48,065 nucleotides of DNA. Source: Planctomycetota bacterium. Lineage in GTDB: Bacteria; Planctomycetota; Planctomycetia; Pirellulales; Lacipirellulaceae. Position 1 is the first letter of the stretch, and the number at the start of each line of letters is the position of its first letter. Position numbers and translations under genes: made by a program. The DNA lies in NCBI GenBank assembly GCA_039190745.1, contig JBCCXZ010000026.1, forward strand, positions 1-48,065, given 5' to 3'. Positions 17,398-26,307 of the stretch are shown here, one piece after another. The notes beneath the pieces are model-generated. The model was not told the DNA's origin. It did not search any database and saw only the letters and a program-made list of their open reading frames with translations.

Positions 17398-18474
17398 TCA
17401 GCGGGCCTGGCTCGAAAGCAGCGACGGCAGCCAGGTGCAGAGGTAGTAGGCCCTCGGCGTAGTGAGGTCGAGCAGCGACCGCACGTCGGGGGCGATCCGG
17501 TTCGCTGCGTCTGCCTTGGCGGCGAGCAGCGTCGAGAGCGACGGCGGCGGCTCGCTGTATTCGATGCAGCGGACTTCCTTGGTATCTAGACCCGCGAGCT
17601 CGGCGGCGCGTTCGATGGCCTGTTCGATAAAGCCGATCTGGTCGACGAGGCCCAGCTCTTGTGCCTGCTGCGCAGTGAAGATCTGGCCGGTCGTCGCCTC
17701 GGCTAGTTTCTCCTCGTCTCCGGCAAGCAAAGGCCGGCCTTTGAGGACAATTCCGCGGAAGCGGGCGAAGCTGCGGTCGACCAGGTCTTGGAAGAGCTCG
17801 CGCTCTTCCTCGCGTTGCTCTCGCGTGAGCTCACGGGTGGGGCTGCCCATGAGTTTGTTGGGGTGGCTGGCGATGGAGTCGTCTTGGATTTTCCAGGACT
17901 CCAAGAGGCCCGAGAGGTCGTAGTGGGGGATGACGACGCCGATGGAGCCGGTCCAGGTGGTGGGCTCGGCGAAGACTGTATCTTCCTGGTCGCCGACGGC
18001 CATCGCGATGTAGTAGCCGCCGCTGGCGCATATGCCGCCCATGCTGATCACGAGAGGGAGCTCGCGCTTGCGGACGACCTCACGGGTGTGGTGGTAGAGG
18101 TAGTCGCTAGCGGTGACGGTGCCCCCCGGAGAGTTGATTCTCAGGACGACCGCTTTGACGTCGTCGTCGTTTTCGATCAGGTCCAGCTGTTGTTTGACGA
18201 AGCCGTCCGGCTCCATGATCGTATCAGTGATGGTGACGATCGCGATTTTGTTTTCGGCGTTGCGGCTGAGCGAGTGGTAACGTTCCTGGGGGCCGCCGGG
18301 GGGGCTGAAGTAGCTCTGGTAGGCACCGACTAGACCGAAAATAGTCATGACGGACAGTCCGAGCAGGATCAGCAGCAGCTTGCCGTAGCGGCCGAACGCG
18401 GATGGCTGCTGTAGCACGATCGGTCGCGCGTTTGCCGGCACCGCCGAGCTGTCGGGGAGGGGGGCGTTAGACAT
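17398..18474 (-). CDS. sppA: Signal peptide peptidase SppA (S49, short form)
   Basis: N-terminal TM; LRINSPGG, ASGGYYIAM, TGSIGV, A.ELGLVDQIG. Confidence 0.9.
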   Translation of the reverse strand: MSNAPLPDSSAVPANARPIVLQQPSAFGRYGKLLLILLGLSVMTIFGLVGAYQSYFSPPGGPQERYHSLSRNAENKIAIVTITDTIMEPDGFVKQQLDLIENDDDVKAVVLRINSPGGTVTASDYLYHHTREVVRKRELPLVISMGGICASGGYYIAMAVGDQEDTVFAEPTTWTGSIGVVIPHYDLSGLLESWKIQDDSIASHPNKLMGSPTRELTREQREEERELFQDLVDRSFARFRGIVLKGRPLLAGDEEKLAEATTGQIFTAQQAQELGLVDQIGFIEQAIERAAELAGLDTKEVRCIEYSEPPPSLSTLLAAKADAANRIAPDVRSLLDLTTPRAYYLCTWLPSLLSSQAR

Positions 18475-18688
18475 GGTTTTTTTGGGCTCGCAGAGCGTCG
18501 TCGCCGTGCTGTGTCCACGGCCGGGTGGGTCGCCTGTAACCGTATTCTACTGCCGTGCCAGCGGTCGACAACGCGGCTTGCGTCGCGCTGTTGCTTCGCC
18601 TGTTCCCTAGGCGGTAGATTGTGCCGGGTACGGTGTCGCTTGGCGGCCCGGCCATGTAGTCTGGCCCAACTGGAAAAGGAGTGTCAGG

Positions 18689-19441
18689 GTGTTCGTTTGT
18701 GCTTCGCTAGAGTGTTTCCCCGATCTGCCGCCCTCAGAGGTGTTGGCCATGCTGGTCGACCTGGAGTTTACGGCGATCGAGCTGGCGATCCACGAGGAGG
18801 GCCCTGCGTGGATCCGTCCGGCCGAAGTTGTGGAAGACGTGGACCGCAGCGCGGACCGATGCCGCGATACGCTGCGGTTGAGCCTGGCGGCTTTGAGCTT
18901 CGACAGCCCGACCGAGGCTTCGGATTACTACGAGAAGTTTGCGGCTTGCTGCAAGTTGGCCAAGGCTTTGAAGGTGGTGCCGATTGTCGTCCCAGCGGCC
19001 GAGTTGGGCACGCCGTTCAACGCGGAGATCGAGCGGCTTCAAGAACTCGTTCGGATCGCCTCGTTGGAAGGGTGTTTGGTTGCGCTGCAGACGCAGATCG
19101 GGTGCATGACCGAGGACCCGGATACTGCCGCGGTGCTGTGCGACAACGTGAAGGGCCTGGGGATCTCGTTGGACCCCAGCCACTACGTCGCCGGCCCTTG
19201 GCAAGGGCGGGACTATGCGAAGCTGGTGCCGTACGTCTACCACGTTCGGCTCCGCGACTCGACGAAAACTGACCTGCACGTGCGGGTGGGGCAGGGTGAG
19301 ATCGACTACGGGAAGGTCGTGAGCCTACTTGAGAAAGCTGGCTACAGCCGGGCCCTGTGCATCCATATGGCCCCCTTGGAGGGGTTCGACCACCGGGCCG
19401 AGATGCGGAAGACGCGGTTGCTGCTGGAGAGCCTTCTCTAG
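18689..19441 (+). CDS. Sugar phosphate isomerase/epimerase family (xylose isomerase-like TIM barrel)
   Basis: AIEL, LDPSH, YHVRLRD, VGQGEIDY...L...GY pattern; several usual metal ligands appear substituted. Confidence 0.8.
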   Translation: MFVCASLECFPDLPPSEVLAMLVDLEFTAIELAIHEEGPAWIRPAEVVEDVDRSADRCRDTLRLSLAALSFDSPTEASDYYEKFAACCKLAKALKVVPIVVPAAELGTPFNAEIERLQELVRIASLEGCLVALQTQIGCMTEDPDTAAVLCDNVKGLGISLDPSHYVAGPWQGRDYAKLVPYVYHVRLRDSTKTDLHVRVGQGEIDYGKVVSLLEKAGYSRALCIHMAPLEGFDHRAEMRKTRLLLESLL

Positions 19442-19449
19442 ATAGGCGC

Positions 19450-19477
19450 GGAACTCTTCCGGTGTGCCGGGGTTATA
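19450..19477 (+). promoter_or_regulatory. Putative ECF promoter (GGAACT-N16-GTTATA)
   Basis: GGAACT 19450-19455 and GTTATA 19472-19477, directly upstream of an ECF sigma gene. Confidence 0.55.
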
Positions 19478-19532
19478 CTTGGGGGCCGCGGCGGGCGGCG
19501 GCCCGAGATGCCTGGGAACCGGAGAAGCTGGC

Positions 19533-20171
19533 TTGGCGATCAGCGACACCACGGCCGAGCGGTACACGTCGCAAGATCCCGACGTGCGGCTGATGCTCAA
19601 GGTGCGCGACGACGACGCGGATGCGTTTGCGGAGTTGATGTGCCGGTACCAGGACCGGCTCGTTTCTCTGATGATGCACCACCTCGGCCGTCGCGATCTG
19701 GCGGAAGATTTGGCGCAGGATGTCTTCCTGCGAGTCTATCGGGCACGGAAGCGGTACGTTCCGGGCTCGAAGTTTTCGACGTGGCTTTACACGATCGCGA
19801 ACAACGTAGCGTTGAACGCTCTACGCGGCCTTGCCCGGCGGAAAGAGGTGAATGTCACCCCGTCGCCCAGCGGCGAACTGTCGCGGCCCAGTGTGCAGGC
19901 GATGGCTGCAAGCGGCCTGATGCCCACCCGTCAGGCGGCCTCGAGTGAGCTGCGGGATGTGGTGAAGCTCGCGATTGCCGAGCTCGGTGAGCGGCAGCGG
20001 ATGGCGGTGCTGCTGAACAAGTTCGAGCACCTGAGCTATGAAGAGATTGCGGAAGTGATGGAGATGTCGCCCCAGGCGGTTAAGTCGCTCCTCTCTCGGG
20101 CACGTATGAAGCTCAAGGAGCTGTTGGAGCCCTACCTGCAAACCGGCCAAAGCATTGCGGGGGCGCCATGA
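19533..20171 (+). CDS. ECF-type RNA polymerase sigma-70 factor
   Basis: AEDLAQDVFLRVYRA, KFSTWLYTIANN, L.ERQRMAVLL...LSYEEIAEVM.....VKSLLSRAR; start placed at TTG 19533 after GGAG. Confidence 0.93.
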   Translation: MAISDTTAERYTSQDPDVRLMLKVRDDDADAFAELMCRYQDRLVSLMMHHLGRRDLAEDLAQDVFLRVYRARKRYVPGSKFSTWLYTIANNVALNALRGLARRKEVNVTPSPSGELSRPSVQAMAASGLMPTRQAASSELRDVVKLAIAELGERQRMAVLLNKFEHLSYEEIAEVMEMSPQAVKSLLSRARMKLKELLEPYLQTGQSIAGAP

Positions 20172-21673
20172 GCGAGTCTTCTCGGCGAGCATCAGAGGCA
20201 GCGCCAGAAACGGGCAGCGAGCAGCACGTCGAGCTGATGGTTGCTTACCTCGACGGGGAGCTTTCGCCAGAAGAAGTCGCTGGAGTGGAACGTCGGTTGG
20301 GTGCTGATGAGTCGTTCCGCACCGAGATGCGTCGGGTGGAAGCGGCGTGGGAAGCGCTGGACCAGCTGCCTGTCGCGACGGTCGACGACGACTTCTCCAA
20401 GACCACGCTGGCGCTGGTCGCGGCGGATGTGCGTGGGGGGTTGGAGGCTCGGACGAGTGCTTTGCCGGCTGTCCAGTCTCGCGGGAAGCGGTTGTCGTGG
20501 CTCGGTGCGGCGGCTGTCGCGGTGCTCGGTTTCTTGTGCTTGCGGCTGATGAGCACTGGCCCGGATCGCTGGTTAGTGCGGGACTTGCCCTCGATCCAGT
20601 ACATCGATGTCTACACGCAGTTCCAGGACGCCGAGTTGCTGCTTGGGTTGGAAGCCGAGCTTGGCGATCGGGTATGGGCGCCCGGAGTGAGCGAGGAAGA
20701 ACTGAGTACGGAGCTGCAAGAGTTTACGCTGGTAGCGGCGAGCGATAGCCGGCGCGAGTACCTTGCCGGACTTAGCGATTCTGAACGCAGCAGCCTCCGC
20801 ATGCGGCAGAATCGCTTTCGAGCGATGCCTCAGCAAGAGCAGGAGCGTGTCCGTGCCTTGCACTCCGAAGTCACGGAGATGCCTTCCGCCGCGCGGGCGG
20901 CGTTGTTGCAGTACCGCCATTGGCTCGCCGGTCTGGAGGACTACGAGCGGTTCGAGCTGAGGCAGATGAACGAGTCGGGAGAGGTTAAAGCCGTCGTGGA
21001 TCGGGCGAAGCAGTTGATCCGTGAATCTGATTTTGTCCTCAACAAAGAGGAGCTGAAGGTCTTCGGCGAACTGGTCGAGAGCACGAAACGAGAGCTGATG
21101 TCTGAGTTCAAGTCCCGCCGTCGAAAGCAATCCGGGGACGCCGCGACACGGGAGCTCGCGCGAGCCTTGTCCGAATCTCCCGACCGCCGATATCAGTTCT
21201 TCAACGCTGCAAGGCGGGTGCTCTCGGAGGAGAAGAGAAACCGGTTTGACGAACTGCCTTTCCACCGGCAGGCCGCTACGATTCAGAGCTGGATGGTTCA
21301 ACTGCGGAACGAGCGATCATCGAGCAAGGGAGGCGTCTCGGCCGCTGAACTCGAAGACTTCTTCGTCGAAGAGTTGCCGGTTGAAAGGAAAGCTCAGCTT
21401 CTATCGCAGCCGGTGTCTTCCATGGAGCGCCGGCTGCGGCAGATGTACTTGCTGGGGGACGAGCCCCCCCGTGGGCCTCGTGGGTTTGACGAGGAGCGGG
21501 GGCCGCGGCGTGGGCTGCCGGGACCGCCACGCATCGATCGAGACCGCCGCGGGTTCGGGCCTCCGGGCCGACCAGATGGGCCCAGGCCCGATCGTCCACG
21601 ACCTGGGTCGGACGGGCGGTATCGGAAACGCGGCTTTCCAGAGGACGGTCCTCCGCCGCGTCCTCCTCGATAA
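20168..21673 (+). CDS. Probable anti-sigma factor (N-terminal anti-sigma domain, TM helix, helical extracytoplasmic domain)
   Basis: ATGA overlap with the sigma; ELMVAYLDGELSPEE...VERRL..D; one TM near residues 110-127; R/G/P low-complexity tail. Confidence 0.8.
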   Translation: MSESSRRASEAAPETGSEQHVELMVAYLDGELSPEEVAGVERRLGADESFRTEMRRVEAAWEALDQLPVATVDDDFSKTTLALVAADVRGGLEARTSALPAVQSRGKRLSWLGAAAVAVLGFLCLRLMSTGPDRWLVRDLPSIQYIDVYTQFQDAELLLGLEAELGDRVWAPGVSEEELSTELQEFTLVAASDSRREYLAGLSDSERSSLRMRQNRFRAMPQQEQERVRALHSEVTEMPSAARAALLQYRHWLAGLEDYERFELRQMNESGEVKAVVDRAKQLIRESDFVLNKEELKVFGELVESTKRELMSEFKSRRRKQSGDAATRELARALSESPDRRYQFFNAARRVLSEEKRNRFDELPFHRQAATIQSWMVQLRNERSSSKGGVSAAELEDFFVEELPVERKAQLLSQPVSSMERRLRQMYLLGDEPPRGPRGFDEERGPRRGLPGPPRIDRDRRGFGPPGRPDGPRPDRPRPGSDGRYRKRGFPEDGPPPRPPR

Positions 21674-21705
21674 ATGAGGGTCGGCCTATGTGGGGCTTGG
21701 CTCTG

Positions 21706-23076
21706 CTACAGCTCGTAGCCGTCCCGGTACTCACGTTGGACGATTGCACGCAGGCTGGGGTCGTTGGTGGGCTCAAGGTTCTCTGCGTCCCATTCCACGA
21801 GGCCACGTTTCCAGACAGCAAGGTTGCCCAGCAGGATTGTCTCAGTCAGCGGGCCGCCGTAGTCGACGAAGTTTGAAACGGGACGTGCTTCGGGGTTGTG
21901 GATGCCATTGTAGAACTCCTCGACGTGGCCCAGTTCCGGGGCCCTGGGCGGCCGCGGGTAGTCGACCTCCAGCCACGGGTCGTTGTTGTTCAACTCGATG
22001 CCCTTGTCTGCGTAGTCTCCGCCGGCGTACATCGAGGCCTTGTCGCCGACGATGATGCAGCCGCTTGCCGCGAGGCCCTTGGTCTCGCCCGTTTCTGGGT
22101 CGGGCTTGAGGAACTGGCTGTAGATGTCCTCGGAGGGCAAGCGGGACTTGTCGTACCAGTAGAGCGTGAAGGCGGGCCGGCCGTCGAGTTCAGGGAACTC
22201 GAAGCGGATCTTCGACCATTCGGGGTAGCTGTCGTGGTTGTGCTCGGCGCACTCGGCCTCGACCGAGGTCGGGTTCCGCATGTTGAGTGCCATGAACGGC
22301 AGGTTGCACGTGTGGCACGCCATGTCGCCGAGCGAGCCGGTGCCAAAGTCCCACCAGCCACGCCAGCGGAAGTCGTGATAGGCTGCGGGTGCATAGGGGC
22401 GGAACGGGGCGGGGCCGAGCCACGACTCCCAGTCGAGGGTCGAGGGAACGGGGGCGGGTTCGGGTCGGTCTTCGCCTTGAGGCCAAACGGGCCGGTTGGT
22501 CCAGACGTGCACTTCTTTGACCGTACCCAGCTGCCCGGCGCGGATTTGGTAGGCAGCCTGACGCATCGGCTCGTAGGCCGTGTATTGGTTGCCCATCTGC
22601 GTGGTGACGCCCTGGTCGCGGGCGATCTCGGTCAGCTTACGGGCTTCGTAGATCGAGTGCGTTAGCGGCTTCTGACAGTAGCAGTGCATGCCCAGCTTCA
22701 TCGCCTTGGCGGCGATGACGGCGTGCGTGTGGTCTGGTGTGCTGACGACGGCTACGTCGATCTGGTCGCCCAGCTTGTCGAGCAACTCACGGTAGTCGGT
22801 AAAGTTGTTCTCGGTTTTGTAACTCTTCGCTGCGCGATCGAGCAAGCCACGGTCAACGTCGCAAAGGGCGTGGATCTTCCCGAAGCGTGAGGCGTTGCGG
22901 ACATCGCCCTTGCCTTTGCCGCCGACGCCGAACTGGGCGATCTGCAATTGGCCGTTGGGTGAGTTGCTGGCTTTGGCTGCTAAGCCGCCGGCGACCCAAA
23001 ACCCGACTCCCGCCGCAGTGGAAGTCTTCAGAAAACCTCTCCGGTCCACAGACTGGTTTTTCTTGCCGCTGTTCAT
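21706..23076 (-). CDS. Gfo/Idh/MocA family oxidoreductase with Tat signal
   Basis: Twin-arginine DRRGFLK; GVGGKG; STPDHTH; YCQKPL; QMGNQ; WRGWWDFGTGSLGDMACH. Confidence 0.94.
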   Translation of the reverse strand: MNSGKKNQSVDRRGFLKTSTAAGVGFWVAGGLAAKASNSPNGQLQIAQFGVGGKGKGDVRNASRFGKIHALCDVDRGLLDRAAKSYKTENNFTDYRELLDKLGDQIDVAVVSTPDHTHAVIAAKAMKLGMHCYCQKPLTHSIYEARKLTEIARDQGVTTQMGNQYTAYEPMRQAAYQIRAGQLGTVKEVHVWTNRPVWPQGEDRPEPAPVPSTLDWESWLGPAPFRPYAPAAYHDFRWRGWWDFGTGSLGDMACHTCNLPFMALNMRNPTSVEAECAEHNHDSYPEWSKIRFEFPELDGRPAFTLYWYDKSRLPSEDIYSQFLKPDPETGETKGLAASGCIIVGDKASMYAGGDYADKGIELNNNDPWLEVDYPRPPRAPELGHVEEFYNGIHNPEARPVSNFVDYGGPLTETILLGNLAVWKRGLVEWDAENLEPTNDPSLRAIVQREYRDGYEL

Positions 23077-23446
23077 TGGTTTCTCTACCCCTACTAGATC
23101 GCGATTGTGCTGCCCTTGGTTGGCCTGCGTTTCGACGTTCGAGAGTTTTCAGATGTCTTGCATCAGAATGCGATATGCCGGTTCGGTTGCGGCCCCCAGT
23201 ACACTTCTTCGGCCCCAGGAAAACCGGTAGATGGCTCGCGCGGCCGCAAGATTGAAAGCGCGCAAGACACTGCTAAGAATGATCGTGCCTTCCGAATGGC
23301 TTTTGAGTTTACCCAGGTCTGCACAGCCGAGCAACCAACGCAGGGCCCCGTCGTCCTTGAACCGCCGTCCGCTGGGCAGATAGACTCGTAATTCCTGCCC
23401 AAACGATGAACTGATTTGGGGTTCTAGAAACAGGAGAGGTACTTGG

Positions 23447-24670
23447 ATGACAGACTTTCTCCCTCGGTTTGTGCCGAGAATGGACGCCCTCGCGTCTCTG
23501 CTTGTGCTCGCCTCACTGCCGCAGTTCGTTGGCTCTGGGTCCTGTGCGGCAGCGGAACCGTCATCGGAGGCGGAGCCCGTATTGGCCAGGGTCGAAGAGT
23601 TGCGTGGCGAGGCATTGCTCGATGCCGATGGAGAGATCCGTGCCGTTCGCTTGCCCAATACGGCCGTCTCGGCCGCGGACGTGCGTTTGTTCGCTTCTCA
23701 GCAGAGCCTTTCGGAACTGACGTTGTGGGGGACAACCGTCGACGACGAAGCCGTGGCGCCCCTGGCAGGGCACCCGTCGCTGAACCGGCTCACGCTGCGT
23801 TCGACGGTGGTGACCGATTCGGGGCTGGATTTATTGGGAACTCTGCCGAAGCTCCGGATGCTCGATCTGCGCGGCTCGGCCAGGATCAGCAGCGCAGGGA
23901 TGCAGGAGGTTGCCAAAGTCAAATCGTTAACGCACCTGACGGCCCTTTACACGAAAGTGACCGACAGCGGCGTGGAGGCGCTCGGGGGCCTCAGCAAACT
24001 ACGGCTGCTGGACCTGCGGGGCTGCAGTCTTTCCAACCGTTCGTTGAAGGTCGCCGCCGGCCTGCCTTCTCTCGTGGCTTTGAAGCTGAGGAGTTCCTCG
24101 GTCGATGACGAGGGGGTAGCAGCGCTGGCCGGGAAGTCGCGACTGCGGGGCCTTCATCTGCAGGACGCACGGATTACCGACGACGGGATGCGTTACCTGT
24201 CGGGTCTTACAAGCCTCGACGATCTGGACCTAATGCGTGTTCCCATTGGCGACGAAGGCTTGGCGGCGTTGTCAGGCCTTACAAAGATGCGGCAGCTGAT
24301 CTTGCGGGCCACTTATGTTTCCGACGACGGCCTGCAGCACCTCGCGGGGATGCAGGAACTCTTCAAGCTCGACCTGAGCGAGACCGATGTGCGGGGGCCG
24401 GGCCTGGAGACGATCGCGGCTTTGCCGAAACTCAGGTGGTTGAACCTCTGGAACACCTTTATCGACGATGAAGCGGCGGAGGTCCTGAGCAAGATGCAAG
24501 CTTTGGAGTACCTCAACCTCGACGGGACCGGTATCACGGACGCGACTCTCAAAAGGCTCACGGCTCTAAAGAAACTAAAGACTCTTTCGCTCTCGCAGGC
24601 CAGTGTTAGCGCCGAAGGGATCGAGGCCCTCAAGGAGGCTCTCCCCCACCTGTCGGTCCGGAGCGAATGA
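23447..24670 (+). CDS. Exported leucine-rich repeat protein
   Basis: About 14 repeats of roughly 24 aa, L..L..L.L..T.VTD.GL..L, after a hydrophobic leader. Confidence 0.9.
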   Translation: MTDFLPRFVPRMDALASLLVLASLPQFVGSGSCAAAEPSSEAEPVLARVEELRGEALLDADGEIRAVRLPNTAVSAADVRLFASQQSLSELTLWGTTVDDEAVAPLAGHPSLNRLTLRSTVVTDSGLDLLGTLPKLRMLDLRGSARISSAGMQEVAKVKSLTHLTALYTKVTDSGVEALGGLSKLRLLDLRGCSLSNRSLKVAAGLPSLVALKLRSSSVDDEGVAALAGKSRLRGLHLQDARITDDGMRYLSGLTSLDDLDLMRVPIGDEGLAALSGLTKMRQLILRATYVSDDGLQHLAGMQELFKLDLSETDVRGPGLETIAALPKLRWLNLWNTFIDDEAAEVLSKMQALEYLNLDGTGITDATLKRLTALKKLKTLSLSQASVSAEGIEALKEALPHLSVRSE

Positions 24671-24678
24671 GCTGCTCG

Positions 24679-25140
24679 TCAGTTGATGGCTACTTTGAAG
24701 TCGTAGAAGCCGACCATCTTGAGCGGCTCACCCTCGACTCGGTTGTTGACGACATCCTGGATCTGCTGGCGTAGGGTCACCAGTCGAGGGTCTTCAAGGT
24801 CTGCGATCGGGAGCTGGCGGACGCTCAGCAGCAGCCCGTGCATGATTTCGGAGTCGTGTGCGTCGATCGCCTTCTGAACGGTCTTGAGGTCCTTGTAGGT
24901 GACCTGGCCAAAGGCGTGAAAACGGATCTCAGCGGTCGAGGCTTCACCTCGTGCGTAGGGCAAGGTCACCCGGAATTCGCCTAAGTCGACCTCTTCCAGC
25001 TTCGTCAGCATGGCCGTTGCTCGGTGCGATTGCACGAGCGACTCAGCGTCGTAGCACCCGGTTGCGGTTAGCGCCCAGCAGACGCCCAGCAGCAGAGCGC
25101 TCCGGAGATTCTCGGGTGTCTTCCGTACACGGTGGGGCAT
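24679..25140 (-). CDS. FliL-like lipoprotein
   Basis: Lipobox-like LTATGC; EVDLGEFRV...LL..VR.....LEDP....LRQQI...VN.......V.FYDF pattern of the FliL C-terminal domain. Confidence 0.65.
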   Translation of the reverse strand: MPHRVRKTPENLRSALLLGVCWALTATGCYDAESLVQSHRATAMLTKLEEVDLGEFRVTLPYARGEASTAEIRFHAFGQVTYKDLKTVQKAIDAHDSEIMHGLLLSVRQLPIADLEDPRLVTLRQQIQDVVNNRVEGEPLKMVGFYDFKVAIN

Positions 25141-25315
25141 TTCAACCGGCTCTCCGCTTGTTCGGCGTCCAACAAACCATCACAGCCATTACAAGGCGAT
25201 ACACGTTTGGGAAGCCGTCCGTATGGTCTTGCCTGTTGCGTGACGCTTGCGACCGGGCGGAGCTACCCTTGGGGCGATGCCCAGGCACGGCGCAACCCTA
25301 CGTTTCGAGAACCGT

Positions 25316-25816
25316 ATGACACCGACTGGTCGATGGACCGTTCCCAGGAACACGCGAAGGCGGGGGCTAGTGCTGCCGGTTGTGCTGGTTCTCGCAGCCG
25401 GCTGCGGCACCGAGAACTCCACCAAGCTCGACGACTACCTGGAAACCCTAGAGTTCGGTAAGCCGACCGAGAGGATGCTGGAGATTGGACTCGGAGAATT
25501 CCGTGTTCCGATCACCCTGTCTTCGGGGCGGGCATCGGCAGAGGGCAACGGGGCGGGATGGTTCGAACTGCGTTTCCACATGTTCCTGGTTGTGCCGCCG
25601 GCCTCTGAGAAGACGGTTCTGGGCGTCATCGAGGAGCACCGGGGTGTTTTGAGAGACACGATCTACACCGCTTGCCGTACGACCTCGCTCGACGAGCTTA
25701 GCGACCCGCGGTGGACGACCCTCAAAGCGAAACTGGCCGACGCGGTAAGGCCCGTGTTCGGCGAGCAACACGTGCGGCAGATTCTGTTGGTAGACGCGAC
25801 TTCGGAAACCTTGTGA
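25316..25816 (+). CDS. FliL-like lipoprotein
   Basis: Lipobox LAAGC; EIGLGEFRV...LRDTI....R.....ELSDP....LK..L...V...F....VRQIL. Confidence 0.65.
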   Translation: MTPTGRWTVPRNTRRRGLVLPVVLVLAAGCGTENSTKLDDYLETLEFGKPTERMLEIGLGEFRVPITLSSGRASAEGNGAGWFELRFHMFLVVPPASEKTVLGVIEEHRGVLRDTIYTACRTTSLDELSDPRWTTLKAKLADAVRPVFGEQHVRQILLVDATSETL

Positions 25817-25845
25817 GCGTTCCCCAGAGAACCGGGCGATTGGCG

Positions 25846-26289
25846 ATGATCAGGTGGGTGACTAATCGAGTGTTCTTCGGCGTTGCCTGCGCCGTTCTGC
25901 TGGGCACCGGCGCGGCCTCGGCCGAAGATGTTGCAGGAGAAACTCCCGGAACCCTCGAGACCGAGGCGCTCCGGGAAGTCTTCGATTTGGGGCGGTTTCA
26001 CATCAAAGACCTCCGGCCGGCACGCAACGAGACGGTCGAGTTGAACTTCGTGCTGCACTTGGCTTTGAAACCCGAGACGCCTTCCGCCGTATTGGCCGAC
26101 CTCGAGGGCTGGAAGCACAGGTTGCGCGATCAGGTGATCACCGCGGCCCGAGTGGCTGAAACCAAAGACTTTTCCAGCCCCAGCCTCCACCGATTGCGGC
26201 GGCTGATGATCCTCCGGGCCAACCGCTTAATCGGCGGAGACTTGATCGATGAGCTCTTGCTAACGGAGTTTGTATTCACGCTGAAGTGA
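25846..26289 (+). CDS. FliL-like exported protein
   Basis: Signal peptide ending AASA; FDLGRF...LRDQVI...R......F..P....LRR......N..IG...I.ELLLTEF. Confidence 0.7.
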   Translation: MIRWVTNRVFFGVACAVLLGTGAASAEDVAGETPGTLETEALREVFDLGRFHIKDLRPARNETVELNFVLHLALKPETPSAVLADLEGWKHRLRDQVITAARVAETKDFSSPSLHRLRRLMILRANRLIGGDLIDELLLTEFVFTLK

Positions 26290-26307
26290 GCTTTGCCGCC
26301 GGATTGG

